NCBI GenBank assembly: GCA_964416505.1
Contig: CAYQEJ010000004.1
Span: forward strand, 59,331 to 123,330
From: an uncultured Gammaproteobacteria bacterium
GTDB taxonomy: Bacteria; Patescibacteriota; Microgenomatia; Levybacterales; UBA12049
DNA length: 64,000 nucleotides
Direction of reading: 5' to 3'
Shown: positions 1-10,570 of the stretch, piece by piece
Layout of the letters: every line of letters begins with the position of its first letter
Numbering within the stretch: position 1 is the stretch's first letter
Position numbers and translations under genes: made by a program
The notes under the pieces: model-generated
Told to the model about the DNA's origin: nothing
Database searches by the model: none
What the model saw: only the letters and a program-made list of their open reading frames with translations

Positions 1-1
1 A

Positions 2-1705
2 GTAGTAGACGTTCTATATGGAGATCTTATTACAAGAAGCTTGATGATTCCTAGAAGCAGAGAGCGATCATCTCAATTAATTGATGCTTCCATAGACTCC
101 CGAGATAGAGCAAAAGAAAAAATTGAAACCATAAACCGAGAAAGACAGGCAAAAGGACTTAGGACATTTTCGTTAACTAGTGACATAGATTATTCTCAAA
201 CAGGATTTCATTTCCATAATAAAGGTCCTGTAGACGGCTACAATCTCCATTTCCACATGGCAGAAAGACCAGATTCTCCAAGATTAAGAGCTTATATCAC
301 ACTCTCTCTTGATGACATTGATCAGGTAGCAGATCATTTCATTGACCTCTCAAATACTCTTTATAATGCAGGTGTAAATTTTTCAGGAAAAGTTGATTCT
401 CCCGCCGGAGCAGCTGAAAGAACAGAAAATATGGTCTTTTACATAAATGACGCTGATCAACCTAAAGCTGCTGAGATAATAAGAAATTTCTTAAGTACAA
501 ATAGGATCGGCGAAGGTCATGTGCTAGCTGCGATCCCAAGCAAGCAAGAAGGATTATCGTGGGCATTTGAACCTGGTCAAGCAGAAGTCAAACTATATCA
601 AGAAATTACTGGGTCCATAAAAAATGCAGCAAGCTTTAACCAGTTTGCATCTGCAATGACAATTCCAACATATTTAACCCGATTAGCAAATGCACATGCT
701 ACGAATGGAAATACCTTAGAGGCTGAGACATTTAGAAAAGAAGCGGAAAGAGTAAGAACTCTAATTCGTTCTTATGAATCTTCACTTCCTAAACCACCTA
801 CGCCAAAAGGTGGAATAACTGGTAGAGTTTCGCAGGCAGGAGAAAGACTACAATCAACACTAAGAAGATCTGAGGGATCTAAACCTGAAAGATTTGATTA
901 TAAAAAGGCGTATGTTGAAAGATTTACAAGAGATGGAGAAAAAACTTCGGAAGACGGAGCAGATAACTATGTTTATCCACCTGATATAAGACAAGGATGG
1001 CAACTCCACTTAAATCTGGTCGCAAAATCCAGCAATCTCCTCCCTGAAATTTATAGCTTCCTTAAAGAAAATGGATTATTTGGAGAATTTAGATATAGTG
1101 AAAATCCCGATGATCAAGGAATTTTCAGTATATATGTGGGAAATAGAAACGACAGTCTTAAATTCGCAAGATTAATTCAGGAAAAGTTTGGTGACAGACT
1201 GGCGCCACCTACCCAAACTATGAAATTAAAAGACACTCCTCTGCTCGGAAGAGATGTGTCAATAGGAGCTTCCTTTGACTTAACAGAAGGACAAAAAGTA
1301 GACGGATTACCCAAAGTAGATGAAATGTTTAAGCGAGGCTCAGGAGGATTAATTTACCTGGAACAAGATGCACCAAGATCTTCATATGCTTCAGTCCGCC
1401 CTGAAGACATTGATCAGATTGTCGCAAACGCAGATGCGCAGTTTAGAAAAGTTTTCGGCGCATTCTACACTGGCTCAGGAGAAAATGAGTTTAATCCAAT
1501 AAATAGATTTGAAGAATCGGTTACGTCAACAAGAACTACAATACCCCCGCAAAGAACTCCCATTGCACCACCGCTTCCAATTATTTCACCGACTCCAGCT
1601 CCAAAAACTGCCTCAGCTCCTGTATTCACTAATAGACCGCATCTACCACCTGTATCTCCTATACCTAAAGGGTCTACCACTGCAACGCAGCCAAACTCTA
1701 CCTAA
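2..1705 (+). CDS. Large hypothetical protein, 5'-partial; HopA1-like / phosphothreonine-lyase-like motifs and a Pro-rich C-terminal tail
   Basis: The frame is open from position 2, so the gene probably starts before the window. Motifs RLRAYITL..FSGKV..ERTENMVFYI and QGWQLHLN; the last ~55 aa are Pro/Thr-rich. Confidence 0.55.
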   Translation, partial: VVDVLYGDLITRSLMIPRSRERSSQLIDASIDSRDRAKEKIETINRERQAKGLRTFSLTSDIDYSQTGFHFHNKGPVDGYNLHFHMAERPDSPRLRAYITLSLDDIDQVADHFIDLSNTLYNAGVNFSGKVDSPAGAAERTENMVFYINDADQPKAAEIIRNFLSTNRIGEGHVLAAIPSKQEGLSWAFEPGQAEVKLYQEITGSIKNAASFNQFASAMTIPTYLTRLANAHATNGNTLEAETFRKEAERVRTLIRSYESSLPKPPTPKGGITGRVSQAGERLQSTLRRSEGSKPERFDYKKAYVERFTRDGEKTSEDGADNYVYPPDIRQGWQLHLNLVAKSSNLLPEIYSFLKENGLFGEFRYSENPDDQGIFSIYVGNRNDSLKFARLIQEKFGDRLAPPTQTMKLKDTPLLGRDVSIGASFDLTEGQKVDGLPKVDEMFKRGSGGLIYLEQDAPRSSYASVRPEDIDQIVANADAQFRKVFGAFYTGSGENEFNPINRFEESVTSTRTTIPPQRTPIAPPLPIISPTPAPKTASAPVFTNRPHLPPVSPIPKGSTTATQPNST

Positions 1706-1801
1706 AATTCCATAGCAGAAACCCAGAGAAGCGTAATCTAAACCTTCTTGAAATATTAAGATAGAAGCTGAGTAATGCTTAGGAATTAGATTTTCAAAAG
1801 C

Positions 1802-2473
1802 TTAACGCTTTTTTAAAGAGAACTTGGCTAGAAGAATTATTCCCAGATCAATTCCAATAGGAAATAACAAAACCCAAATACCCTTTTTCATAATTTCTAT
1901 AAAAGATTCAGAATTAAAATATTCTATTAGCACTTCTGGGGGTCTTATTCCTAAAAAGTAAGCTGCAATTATTACAAATACAATTACAATAAAAAGAAAA
2001 AGTGAACCTTCTAAATCTTTCTTGCTGGAAAACATCGTGTTTCCTATCTGAAATACCATAAAGAAAACTAATAAATAATTCCAGGGAATACTTAAAGGAG
2101 ATTTTTCAGATAGAAAATAAAAAACGAAAAAAGAAATGAGCATAATTCCGACCAAAACAGGAGCAAAACCGATTATAGCTCTTCTGAATGGATCTGTTTC
2201 TTCAATCCCTACGCTTCCCATTACTATCTTGTCTTCTGATGGCTCTGGAGAAAAGCTAAGACCTCCAGTACGAACCAGCATAGCTTCCGCAACCAAAAGA
2301 TGTGCAAGCTCATGAATTACTACACCTGGTAAAAGAAATAAATGAAAAAGCCTTATTGCAAGAGATTCATTCTTAGCTAATTTCATAAAAACATATGAAA
2401 TCAACCTGGTAAGAATTCTAGAAAGAAAGAAAAGCGTGATGAATTCTAGAATAAATATTAATAAATAGATCAC
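1802..2473 (-). CDS. Integral membrane zinc metalloprotease-like protein (M50-like, HExxH)
   Basis: Several TM segments, PGVVIHELAH motif and a downstream GFAP motif. Confidence 0.7.
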   Translation of the reverse strand: MIYLLIFILEFITLFFLSRILTRLISYVFMKLAKNESLAIRLFHLFLLPGVVIHELAHLLVAEAMLVRTGGLSFSPEPSEDKIVMGSVGIEETDPFRRAIIGFAPVLVGIMLISFFVFYFLSEKSPLSIPWNYLLVFFMVFQIGNTMFSSKKDLEGSLFLFIVIVFVIIAAYFLGIRPPEVLIEYFNSESFIEIMKKGIWVLLFPIGIDLGIILLAKFSLKKR

Positions 2474-2478
2474 TCAGC

Positions 2479-3660
2479 TTATTTTAACCTATTTATATTT
2501 TCTTCGCTCGGAATAACAAATAAAATATATAAAGCAAACGGAATAACAAATAAAATTATTTTTGGATGATATTCAAAAATTGGAATAATTAATAAATTTA
2601 AAAATGATATTAGGTAAATTATCTCTTCTTTTTTATTTTCCTTTGCAAAAATAAATAAACTAAGAACGAAACCAAAAAAAGCTGGCAAAGAATATCTAAA
2701 TACAGAAACAATTATGTGGTAATGGTAATCTGAAGGTAGAAATAAAAAAATTACAAAACAGATTGTTCCAATAAATAAATATTTAATTGACTTTGTTTTA
2801 CTTCTTTTCAAAAGATATCTGAACCAAATATAAAGTCCTGTAAAAAAACTAAGTATCCAAAATCCATATTCACCAAAGCCTGCGTTAAGAAAATCTATAA
2901 CTCCGGGTAAAGATTTAAATGAAACTTCCCAAACCTGATTACTCAAGCCATATTCTCCATAAAAAAATAAAAAAGGTTGAGGATAAAATGGATTTCCAGT
3001 AACTATATAATTTCTTGCATACCAAAATAAACCTAAAAATGAAAAAGGAATCATAAACAAAAATATTTTCTGAATACTATTTTTTGCAAATTCTTTGTTT
3101 ACATTTAGAAAAAATAATATTAAAAAATAAATCGGCCCAGTCAATTTAGATCCAATCAACATTCCACTTGAAACACCTAATAATAAAATGCTCTTAAACG
3201 ATAAAACGGATTTTTCCAATAAATATAAAGTCAGAATAAAAAAACCTAACAGCCATATATCTATAATTTGCATATTTATCCATCGAAACATAATCGGGGA
3301 AGATGAAACTGACACAGCAAATACACTTGCGTAACTGGAAGAAAATTTTAAATTTTTTGCCAAAATAAAACTTACTAAAAATACAAACAAAACTCCAAAA
3401 AAATTAAAAAGTTGAATTGGAATTTTCATAAAGATTAGCAAAGCAAGAATACCTTCAGAGGATCCAGGAAAAAACTTTAAATATTTTGCAGCTTCAAAAG
3501 TATTTGGATTTAAAAATGATCCATTAAGGAAAGATTTCGCAATTGGTATGTGATAGTTGAGACTATCCCCATCTGGCGTAGGATATGAAAACGCAAAAAA
3601 GAAAAAATATATTAGAAGATATATAAAACTAATTAGAACTAACTTAGAAAATAAATTCAT
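2479..3660 (-). CDS. Polytopic membrane protein, putative GT-C fold glycosyltransferase
   Basis: About 10 TM helices; DSLNYH loop after TM1; WYARNYIVTGNPFYP motif typical of ArnT/PMT-like proteins. Confidence 0.65.
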   Translation of the reverse strand: MNLFSKLVLISFIYLLIYFFFFAFSYPTPDGDSLNYHIPIAKSFLNGSFLNPNTFEAAKYLKFFPGSSEGILALLIFMKIPIQLFNFFGVLFVFLVSFILAKNLKFSSSYASVFAVSVSSSPIMFRWINMQIIDIWLLGFFILTLYLLEKSVLSFKSILLLGVSSGMLIGSKLTGPIYFLILFFLNVNKEFAKNSIQKIFLFMIPFSFLGLFWYARNYIVTGNPFYPQPFLFFYGEYGLSNQVWEVSFKSLPGVIDFLNAGFGEYGFWILSFFTGLYIWFRYLLKRSKTKSIKYLFIGTICFVIFLFLPSDYHYHIIVSVFRYSLPAFFGFVLSLFIFAKENKKEEIIYLISFLNLLIIPIFEYHPKIILFVIPFALYILFVIPSEENINRLK

Positions 3661-3715
3661 TTCTAAAAATGGATTATACCAAATACTAATTTATGTAGAG
3701 TATAATACTTTAAAA

Positions 3716-5161
3716 ATGAAGAAGCTTGGATTCACTCTATCATTCCTAATATTCTCAGCACTGTTTTTATTCGTTATTTTTTATCATACTCATGGAATTG
3801 TTCCATATGACGAAGGATGGTTTTTGCAGGCAGGAAAAAGATTACTAAATGGAGAAAAAATTTATAAAGATTTTGAATTTCTTTATAATCCAGGTGGAGC
3901 TTATTTAAATAAAATTGCTTTTAAGCTTTTAGGGGAATCTGTATTATCTTCAAGAATTATTGCTATTCTAAATACAACAGTATCTGTAATTTTCCTATTT
4001 AAAATATTTAGAAAAATAGAATTAAATGGAATTATTTCTTTGATTTTACTTTTTTCATTTGTTTTTTGGGGGGCAGGCCACATAAATTTTATTTGGCCTG
4101 TAATGATATGCTTAACCTTCGCAATAATATCGATATATTTATTCATAAGTTATTCTAATAAAGAAAGTTATTTTTTACTGGGAGTTCTTACATTTTTTAC
4201 TTTTTTCTTCAAACAAAACTTTGGCCTAGCCATATTTATAGCAAATATTATTTCAATACTTTTACTAAATAAAGAAAAATTTAAAAAAATTAAATTTTAT
4301 ATTTTAGGAATTATTTTTTTATTAATAGTACAAATAATTTACTTTTTAAACCTAGGAATACTTTCAGATTACTTAAAAGATATTTATTTTTATACATACG
4401 TTAAAATTTTTAAAGAAGGTGTTTTAAATTCAGACCTCCCATGGAATTACCCGGCACCCATATTTATTCAATTTTTTAAATTAGTTTTGTACTCATCGCC
4501 AATACTTATTTCATTATTTTCCATTTATTTAGTTGGGAATAAAAAAAATTTACTTTATATACCAATTATAATTATTTGTTTTTCGCTTCTAAGTATTAGG
4601 CCTACTACAGATTTTATTCATTTGACTCCTTTAATTTCACTTTCATTAATCTCGCTTGGTTTAATTTACATTCAAATAAAAAATTTATTTACAAAATTAA
4701 TAATCCTTATATTCTTTGTTTTTGTTTTTAGTTTTGGATTATATTCATCTTTCTATAGAAATTATTACAGATGGAATCCTCCTTTGGTGGGAAATAAATT
4801 CTATATTGAAAACAAACATGTAAAAATCTGGGCAGATAAAAAGGAATTTGAAAATATAAGTTTTTTAGAAAACCAACTTAAATCCTACCATGACGAAGAA
4901 GTATTTATTTATAATTTCGCCCCAATTTACTACTTAACTCTTGATAAGAATAATGCTACAAGATTTGATTATCTTCATAGTGGAATGATTTCCGAAAGTA
5001 ATGAGAATGAGATAATAATGGATTTAAATAAAAAGAAAACACGAATTATTATTTCCAATATTAATGTTTTTATTACTAGAACTAAAGTTGCTAGATATAT
5101 ACTAAGCAAATACAAACCAATAAAATCTGCAAATGAAATAACAGTTTGGAAATTGGATTAA
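3716..5161 (+). CDS. Putative GT-C (PMT/ArnT-like) glycosyltransferase
   Basis: YDEG acidic motif after TM1, YKDF..YNPG and KQNFG motifs. Start moved to ATG 3716, which follows TATAAT at 3701-3706 and avoids overlap with the divergent gene. Confidence 0.7.
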   Translation: MKKLGFTLSFLIFSALFLFVIFYHTHGIVPYDEGWFLQAGKRLLNGEKIYKDFEFLYNPGGAYLNKIAFKLLGESVLSSRIIAILNTTVSVIFLFKIFRKIELNGIISLILLFSFVFWGAGHINFIWPVMICLTFAIISIYLFISYSNKESYFLLGVLTFFTFFFKQNFGLAIFIANIISILLLNKEKFKKIKFYILGIIFLLIVQIIYFLNLGILSDYLKDIYFYTYVKIFKEGVLNSDLPWNYPAPIFIQFFKLVLYSSPILISLFSIYLVGNKKNLLYIPIIIICFSLLSIRPTTDFIHLTPLISLSLISLGLIYIQIKNLFTKLIILIFFVFVFSFGLYSSFYRNYYRWNPPLVGNKFYIENKHVKIWADKKEFENISFLENQLKSYHDEEVFIYNFAPIYYLTLDKNNATRFDYLHSGMISESNENEIIMDLNKKKTRIIISNINVFITRTKVARYILSKYKPIKSANEITVWKLD

Positions 5162-6147
5162 TTTTTCCAATTTTGTGGAAGAAGAGGACTACTTAACTCA
5201 ACTTCTTGAAATTTAGGTTTTTGATGCCCCTTCTTCTTTGCCCATCCCCATGTCTTTATTAATCCCTTTTCCAAATCAGTTCTATCTTTATACGCCAAAT
5301 ACTTTTTACTTAATCTATGATCACTTATTGCCTCTTTTACTTCCTGCGGCCTTTCTGGAAGATGAATGGGATTAATTTTGGAATTAGATATTTTAGATAT
5401 TAAATTTGCTAATTCATTTACAGTGTAGACATTGTCTGAACCTATATTAAACGTCATTCCATTTACTTTATTTCCCAGACATTTCACCAAGGCATCAACT
5501 ACATCATCTATATATGAGAAACATCTTTTTTGATTTCCTTTTCCATAAATATAATAAGGTTTATTTGCAAGAATAGAATTCATAAAAATTGTCACTACGT
5601 TTCTATATGGATCCTTCATGTTCTGTCTGGGACCATAAACATTGTGAGGTCTTGCTACAACAAAATCAAAATTGTGAATTTTACTTAAAATTTTTAATGC
5701 ATCTTCAAATGCTAGTTTTGAAATTCCATATAAATCTTCCGGCTTAGGCGTATCTTTTTCTTTAAAAGGTATTTGAAGACTACCATAAACAGCTATGCTT
5801 GAAGTAAAAATGAATTTTTTCATTCCACTTCTTATTCCAGCTGTTAATACTTTAATGCTGCCGTCAAAATTTCTAGAAGTTATGTCTACAGGTGAAAATT
5901 GAGCTTTATTTTCTGCGGCATTTGCAGCAAGATGATATATAACATCTGGTTTATATTCTGAAAGAATTTTATCTATTTTTTTAAAATTTCTTATATCTAC
6001 TTTTACTAACTTAGCTTTTTTATTGCAATTTTCTAAACTTCCTCCAGAAAAATCATCTAAAATTAAAACCTTATGTCCTTTAACAATCAATTTATCAACT
6101 AAATGACTTCCTATAAATCCTGCTCCACCTGTAACTACTATCTTCAT
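5158..6147 (-). CDS. NAD-dependent epimerase/dehydratase (UDP-glucose 4-epimerase-like extended SDR)
   Basis: TGGAGFIGSH, SSIAVYG, YGISK (YxxxK) and NVYGPRQ motifs. Confidence 0.92.
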   Translation of the reverse strand: MKIVVTGGAGFIGSHLVDKLIVKGHKVLILDDFSGGSLENCNKKAKLVKVDIRNFKKIDKILSEYKPDVIYHLAANAAENKAQFSPVDITSRNFDGSIKVLTAGIRSGMKKFIFTSSIAVYGSLQIPFKEKDTPKPEDLYGISKLAFEDALKILSKIHNFDFVVARPHNVYGPRQNMKDPYRNVVTIFMNSILANKPYYIYGKGNQKRCFSYIDDVVDALVKCLGNKVNGMTFNIGSDNVYTVNELANLISKISNSKINPIHLPERPQEVKEAISDHRLSKKYLAYKDRTDLEKGLIKTWGWAKKKGHQKPKFQEVELSSPLLPQNWKN

Positions 6148-6860
6148 ATCTTAAACCTATACCTTATTATCGTTTCAAACATTTTAAGTCCTACTAATAT
6201 AGACTTTTTCAATGATCCTGTGATTTTTGATTGACCTACTCTTTCATTATAATGAACAGGAACTTCTATGATTGAATTATTATTTAATAGAGCGAGAACA
6301 ATAAATTCTGAAAGAAAATAAGATCCTCCTACCTTAAACTTCGGAATTATATTTTCAATTGATGATCTTCTCATTACCCTAAAAGTACAACCACAATCCG
6401 TAAGAGATATAAAAGGATTATAAAGAAATTGAATTATTCTTGCTAAAACAATGTTTCCTATCCTTAAAAATCCATGCATATTAGCATTTTTTTCTATAAA
6501 TTTAGAGTTCGTCCTAGTTCCTAGAACAATTTCATATTTATCGATATATCGAAGCAGTTTTAATAAATCATTTGCTGAAAATGTTGCATCTGGTTCGCAA
6601 AAAGCTATTAAATCCCCTTTTACTTCTTTTAATCCTCTTCTAAGTGCATTTCCATATCCTTGTTTTTTTTCAAGAATTACTTTTGCTTTTTTTAATTTTG
6701 CAATTTCTGAGGTTCTATCTTTTGAATTATTATCAATAACCAAAATCTCATCAATTATTTTTAGTTTCTTAAAATCTGATATTGCTTTACCAATATTTTT
6801 CTCTTCATTATAAGCTGGAAAAATTAAAGAAATCTTTTTACCTTTGTACATTTTTACCAA
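6144..6860 (-). CDS. Family 2 glycosyltransferase, DPM1/polyprenol-phosphate glycosyltransferase-like
   Basis: PAYNEE, DNNSKDRT, QGYGNAL, EPD (a DxD variant) and RVGQSK motifs. Confidence 0.9.
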   Translation of the reverse strand: MVKMYKGKKISLIFPAYNEEKNIGKAISDFKKLKIIDEILVIDNNSKDRTSEIAKLKKAKVILEKKQGYGNALRRGLKEVKGDLIAFCEPDATFSANDLLKLLRYIDKYEIVLGTRTNSKFIEKNANMHGFLRIGNIVLARIIQFLYNPFISLTDCGCTFRVMRRSSIENIIPKFKVGGSYFLSEFIVLALLNNNSIIEVPVHYNERVGQSKITGSLKKSILVGLKMFETIIRYRFKI

Positions 6861-8293
6861 ATAGTTACTATTACAGACTGAAAGATAAACACTTGAACAA
6901 TCTGCAGCAAAAGGAGCAGAAAAAATTGCTGATTACGCAATTTTAATTTATTGGTACTGAAATTTGCAACAGTAATTATTAAAAAAGGAACAAATGGTAA
7001 CCAAATTCTGGCTGTCTCTGCTCTCACGCTCCCGGAAAAATTTACTGCTAACAAAATTATCAAGAATGAGACTCCAATAGCGTCAATTTTTGAAAAATTA
7101 AATTTACTTTTAATTAACAATCTTACATCACTAAACGCACCTAATAGAAATAAAACAGATAATGGGATTCCAGCAAAAAGGAAAAAATCATATAGATCAT
7201 AGAAGAGCCATATTAGATATCCTCTTGTAGACTGAGCAGATTCATGTAGAAACATTATTTTTCTTACCATTTCTATAAAATCTAATCCTAATATAAAGAG
7301 AATAAAAATTGGAAATAAAATTCCTAGTAGAAAATATAATCCAAATCTAAAATGTATAAAAAAATTCTTTTTCTTTAAAAATTCCAGCAAAAATAAAATT
7401 AAAAAGAATAACAAGATCGGAAGGAAAGTTAATGTAAAAAAAGCTCCAATGAATAATACAAATCCAGAAATCACAAAATTAAATTTATTCATTAACTTGT
7501 ATCCTCTTAGAAAGTAATAAAGAGAAATACTAGTAAATAGAGGCATAAAGATATCTATAAGAGGAGAAAACATCAATACGCTCGGTATGAATAATGAAAT
7601 AAATAATGCATTTTTTGCTGCTTTTTTTCCATAGGCAATTTTAGCTGATCCAAAAATAAAGATACTATACAAAGATGCAATAAATGAAATAATTATTCCT
7701 GAAAATATTCCATTTGTCTTTTGAACGATGTCTAGCTGATTCCATACTAATGAAATATTTTGCTCTGAAGGCTGCATGCTTAAAACAAATTTTAAAAGCG
7801 GTTCAAAAGGCCTAAGAAATAAATCAAGCAAATAATAAAGTATTATTCCCCCAGGAGGGTGAAATCGTGCATACATGGGAAATCTTTCAATATTTGTTAT
7901 AAATTCCCTAATAAACTCATTCAAATTAACAATATTTAATGATGCAGTAAAATACCCACTAACTAATGGATTTATCGTTCTACCCAGCAATACCTCAATT
8001 CCTGCTCTGTTAAAAAACAAAAAAGTTATTTGAATAAAAAATCCTATTAAAGTTAAAAATAAAAGCTTAGTTAAAGTTATTTCTTTAAATCTAACAAAAC
8101 AAATTAAAGTAATTAAGGATACCAAAAAGGGTGCCCAAAATTTTAAAAAATTAAAACTCGGCAGATATGTCCATCTCCAATCAGGAGAATATGGTGCTGG
8201 ACCAAATAAAAAAGGACTGAAATTAATTGAAATAAGAACCAGCAGAAAAATGGTAAAAAGAAAAACAAAATACAAGGACTTTGATTTATTCAC
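6854..8293 (-). CDS. Polytopic membrane protein, putative GT-C glycosyltransferase
   Basis: Many TM helices; HPPG and ETARIWLPF motifs; GTG start. Confidence 0.6.
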   Translation of the reverse strand: MNKSKSLYFVFLFTIFLLVLISINFSPFLFGPAPYSPDWRWTYLPSFNFLKFWAPFLVSLITLICFVRFKEITLTKLLFLTLIGFFIQITFLFFNRAGIEVLLGRTINPLVSGYFTASLNIVNLNEFIREFITNIERFPMYARFHPPGGIILYYLLDLFLRPFEPLLKFVLSMQPSEQNISLVWNQLDIVQKTNGIFSGIIISFIASLYSIFIFGSAKIAYGKKAAKNALFISLFIPSVLMFSPLIDIFMPLFTSISLYYFLRGYKLMNKFNFVISGFVLFIGAFFTLTFLPILLFFLILFLLEFLKKKNFFIHFRFGLYFLLGILFPIFILFILGLDFIEMVRKIMFLHESAQSTRGYLIWLFYDLYDFFLFAGIPLSVLFLLGAFSDVRLLIKSKFNFSKIDAIGVSFLIILLAVNFSGSVRAETARIWLPFVPFLIITVANFSTNKLKLRNQQFFLLLLLQIVQVFIFQSVIVTIW

Positions 8294-8353
8294 AGATAAC
8301 TTATAATACCAAAAAACTAAAGAAAATTTGAATATTAGTTAGTATACCGGAGA

Positions 8354-8815
8354 TTAGCGGGAGTTTGTGATTGTTTCTCCATTTTCAGGAGTCATTGCTG
8401 CAACTGTTACTCTATTATTTGCATCTTTTACTACGCTATATCCTGTTGTATATGTAGTACAGCTTGTTACTTCAGCACCATTGTTTACTTGAGGATCAAC
8501 TGGTAGAGCTGGGATGTATGTTGTTAATAGGTCAGTGCAAATATCAGCTTTTCCTGCACCACTACCAATTTCCTGTACTGTAGTAGTTATTCCTGCTGGA
8601 AGTACACCTTTGTGATCTGCTGAATATGCACCAATTGCATTAAGGATCTGAGTTACGTCACTTTTTCTCTTTGTGTTGTTTGCTTGTCCGAATTGTCTTG
8701 CTGGATTAATTGCGATTAAAACAATTGAGAGGAGGATTGCTAAAATTCCGATTACGACTAAAAGTTCTATTAATGTGAATCCTGAATTTTTCTTGAAAAC
8801 TTTTGGGCAGTTCAT
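8354..8815 (-). CDS. Type IV pilin, probable major pilin
   Basis: Class III signal G|FTLIELLVVIGIL, a C-terminal Cys pair and its own sigma70-like promoter. Confidence 0.9.
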   Translation of the reverse strand: MNCPKVFKKNSGFTLIELLVVIGILAILLSIVLIAINPARQFGQANNTKRKSDVTQILNAIGAYSADHKGVLPAGITTTVQEIGSGAGKADICTDLLTTYIPALPVDPQVNNGAEVTSCTTYTTGYSVVKDANNRVTVAAMTPENGETITNSR

Positions 8816-8827
8816 AGTTATATATCT

Positions 8828-8856
8828 AGACTAAATAAAATTTAATTGCTTGTCAA
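8828..8856 (-). promoter_or_regulatory. Sigma70-like promoter of the major pilin
   Basis: TTGACA-17 bp-TAGTCT on the minus strand, 12 nt upstream of the ATG. Confidence 0.55.
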
Positions 8857-8874
8857 GGGGGTAATTTTTCAGCT

Positions 8875-9714
8875 TTAATTAGCTTCAGAATTATTTTCCC
8901 CAGTTCCACTATTTGATGAAAAATTTGACGAAAAATCTGGAGAAATTGCTGGTGAATTTGATGGCGCTATTACAGAAGGAACAGGAGCCGCTGGGTTATT
9001 AACCGGTAAAGCACTAGTTGGTTTTGGTGCCGAAAAAATATATTTATATAAAACAAATACCAGAATTAAAATAAGAAAAACAAAAACACCTGTTAACATA
9101 TAAAGCCTTTTGTTATCTTTTTTATTTTTCTCATTTGATTGCGCAAGCTGAGCCTGATCCGTGAGTAAGCTATAGGCTCTAAGATCTGGAACCTTATCTA
9201 AGATCAAACCAAGATCAAGATTGTTTTGTAAATTTGGCATAACTTCCATACAAGCTGAAAGAGGAATCACTGAGCTTACAACGAATCCAGAATCGACAAA
9301 CGCATTCCTAACAGCATCACATAGCTCCCTATTCGCAGCGGTAATCTTTGTCTTCTTAGTAAATTTCGATTTCTTGCTCAAGTAATCTTGAAATGGAACC
9401 AATTCTAAAAAATCTTGAACATTTTGATCTATCTGAACAGTACCATCAGTAAAATCTTTATCGAAAGTTACTGTTGTGGAAAGAAGAATTACAATATTCT
9501 CAGGAATTATTTTATAATTTGACACCAATGATTGAATCGCTGTCTCTATCTTTTTTTTGCTTATAACTTCAAGATCGCTAATCATATCCGGAGGAAAATC
9601 CACACCTACCGGAGAAGACAATCCGTGGTCATAAAAAAATCCTCTATTATTTTCTAGATAAAATATTCCTGTGGGTCTTTTTGGTAATTCTTTTTTTAAT
9701 TTATCTCTTTCCAT
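8875..9714 (-). CDS. Pilus-associated protein, possibly a degenerate PilM/GspL-like alignment component with a C-terminal TM
   Basis: Lies inside the pilus operon; cytoplasmic domain, one TM near aa 205-225 and a Pro/Ser tail. Confidence 0.45.
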   Translation of the reverse strand: MERDKLKKELPKRPTGIFYLENNRGFFYDHGLSSPVGVDFPPDMISDLEVISKKKIETAIQSLVSNYKIIPENIVILLSTTVTFDKDFTDGTVQIDQNVQDFLELVPFQDYLSKKSKFTKKTKITAANRELCDAVRNAFVDSGFVVSSVIPLSACMEVMPNLQNNLDLGLILDKVPDLRAYSLLTDQAQLAQSNEKNKKDNKRLYMLTGVFVFLILILVFVLYKYIFSAPKPTSALPVNNPAAPVPSVIAPSNSPAISPDFSSNFSSNSGTGENNSEAN

Positions 9715-10064
9715 GAAGTAACAGTTAATTGATTATTTGTATTCGATGTCTGGACTTGGACTTTCCGAATTGTATTCGAAAAAGTAGCTGCACTAGTTAT
9801 CGTACCACTATTTACTACTATTACAACAGATCCACCATCAATACTCATAGTCTCTCCTGTATACGAAGGGTCACGAATCAACCTAAGTAACGCATTTTCA
9901 GCTCCTGTCTCTGCCATATAATATGCGGTAGTCCCCTGATCTACGCTACTAGTTGAGATTGCATTATTTAAAACAACCACCACGACTCCAGTAATTATCG
10001 CTAGGGAAATTGCCATAAAAAAAAGCAAAGTTATCAGCGCATTTCCTTTTTGAGATCTAATCAT
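9696..10064 (-). CDS. Minor pilin, PilX/GspK-like
   Basis: KG|NALITLL lacking Glu5, AYYMAETGAENAL motif, C-terminal SWKE. Confidence 0.8.
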   Translation of the reverse strand: MIRSQKGNALITLLFFMAISLAIITGVVVVVLNNAISTSSVDQGTTAYYMAETGAENALLRLIRDPSYTGETMSIDGGSVVIVVNSGTITSAATFSNTIRKVQVQTSNTNNQLTVTSWKEIN

Positions 10065-10570
10065 CTAAGTCCTCCTGTAGTCTTAAAATTCACGACTTCT
10101 TTTCCTGATCTTCTATTTGCTTCTGAAGTTAAGGTATAAGAAATTTGTAATATATCTTTCCCATTGGAATCGCCCTCTATCCTTAGAAAAGAGAGATTCG
10201 ATACTTTTGTTTCATTGCTATTTAATTGGTCAGATGTGCCAGTAATAGAATTTTCTAGAATTAAATTCCCATCGTCTAATCCGTAAGATATATTCTGACT
10301 ATTAGCTACAATTGTCATAGCAGATCCTGAAGCACCTATTAGAGAAGGAATTGTTATACTTGATGCTCTTGACACATCATACCTAAATCTTTCTGCAATA
10401 TATCTTCCATCTACATTTACAGACGAAGTTGCTTGCGATTCTAATTGTAAATCAAAAACTGATCCATACATCTGAAGAGTTACTGCCAAAAGTATGCTAA
10501 ATATTCCCATATAAATGAGCAACTCTATTAAGGTGAATCCTTTTTTAACTTTAAATATTTTTTTAATCAT
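10061..10570 (-). CDS. Minor pilin, PilW/GspJ-like
   Basis: KG|FTLIELLIYM prepilin motif. Confidence 0.85.
   Translation of the reverse strand: MIKKIFKVKKGFTLIELLIYMGIFSILLAVTLQMYGSVFDLQLESQATSSVNVDGRYIAERFRYDVSRASSITIPSLIGASGSAMTIVANSQNISYGLDDGNLILENSITGTSDQLNSNETKVSNLSFLRIEGDSNGKDILQISYTLTSEANRRSGKEVVNFKTTGGLR

Noticed and set aside
1706-1801. Possible structured element in the convergent gap, with an 11-bp match to 20257-20267
   Set aside because: Only weak AT-rich complementarity, compatible with chance.
3557-3715. Long N-terminal extensions given by the ORF track (also for greA, SBP, rplC, rplE, rplX and 33259)
   Set aside because: They overlap neighbouring genes or promoters; downstream starts fit the family N-termini better.
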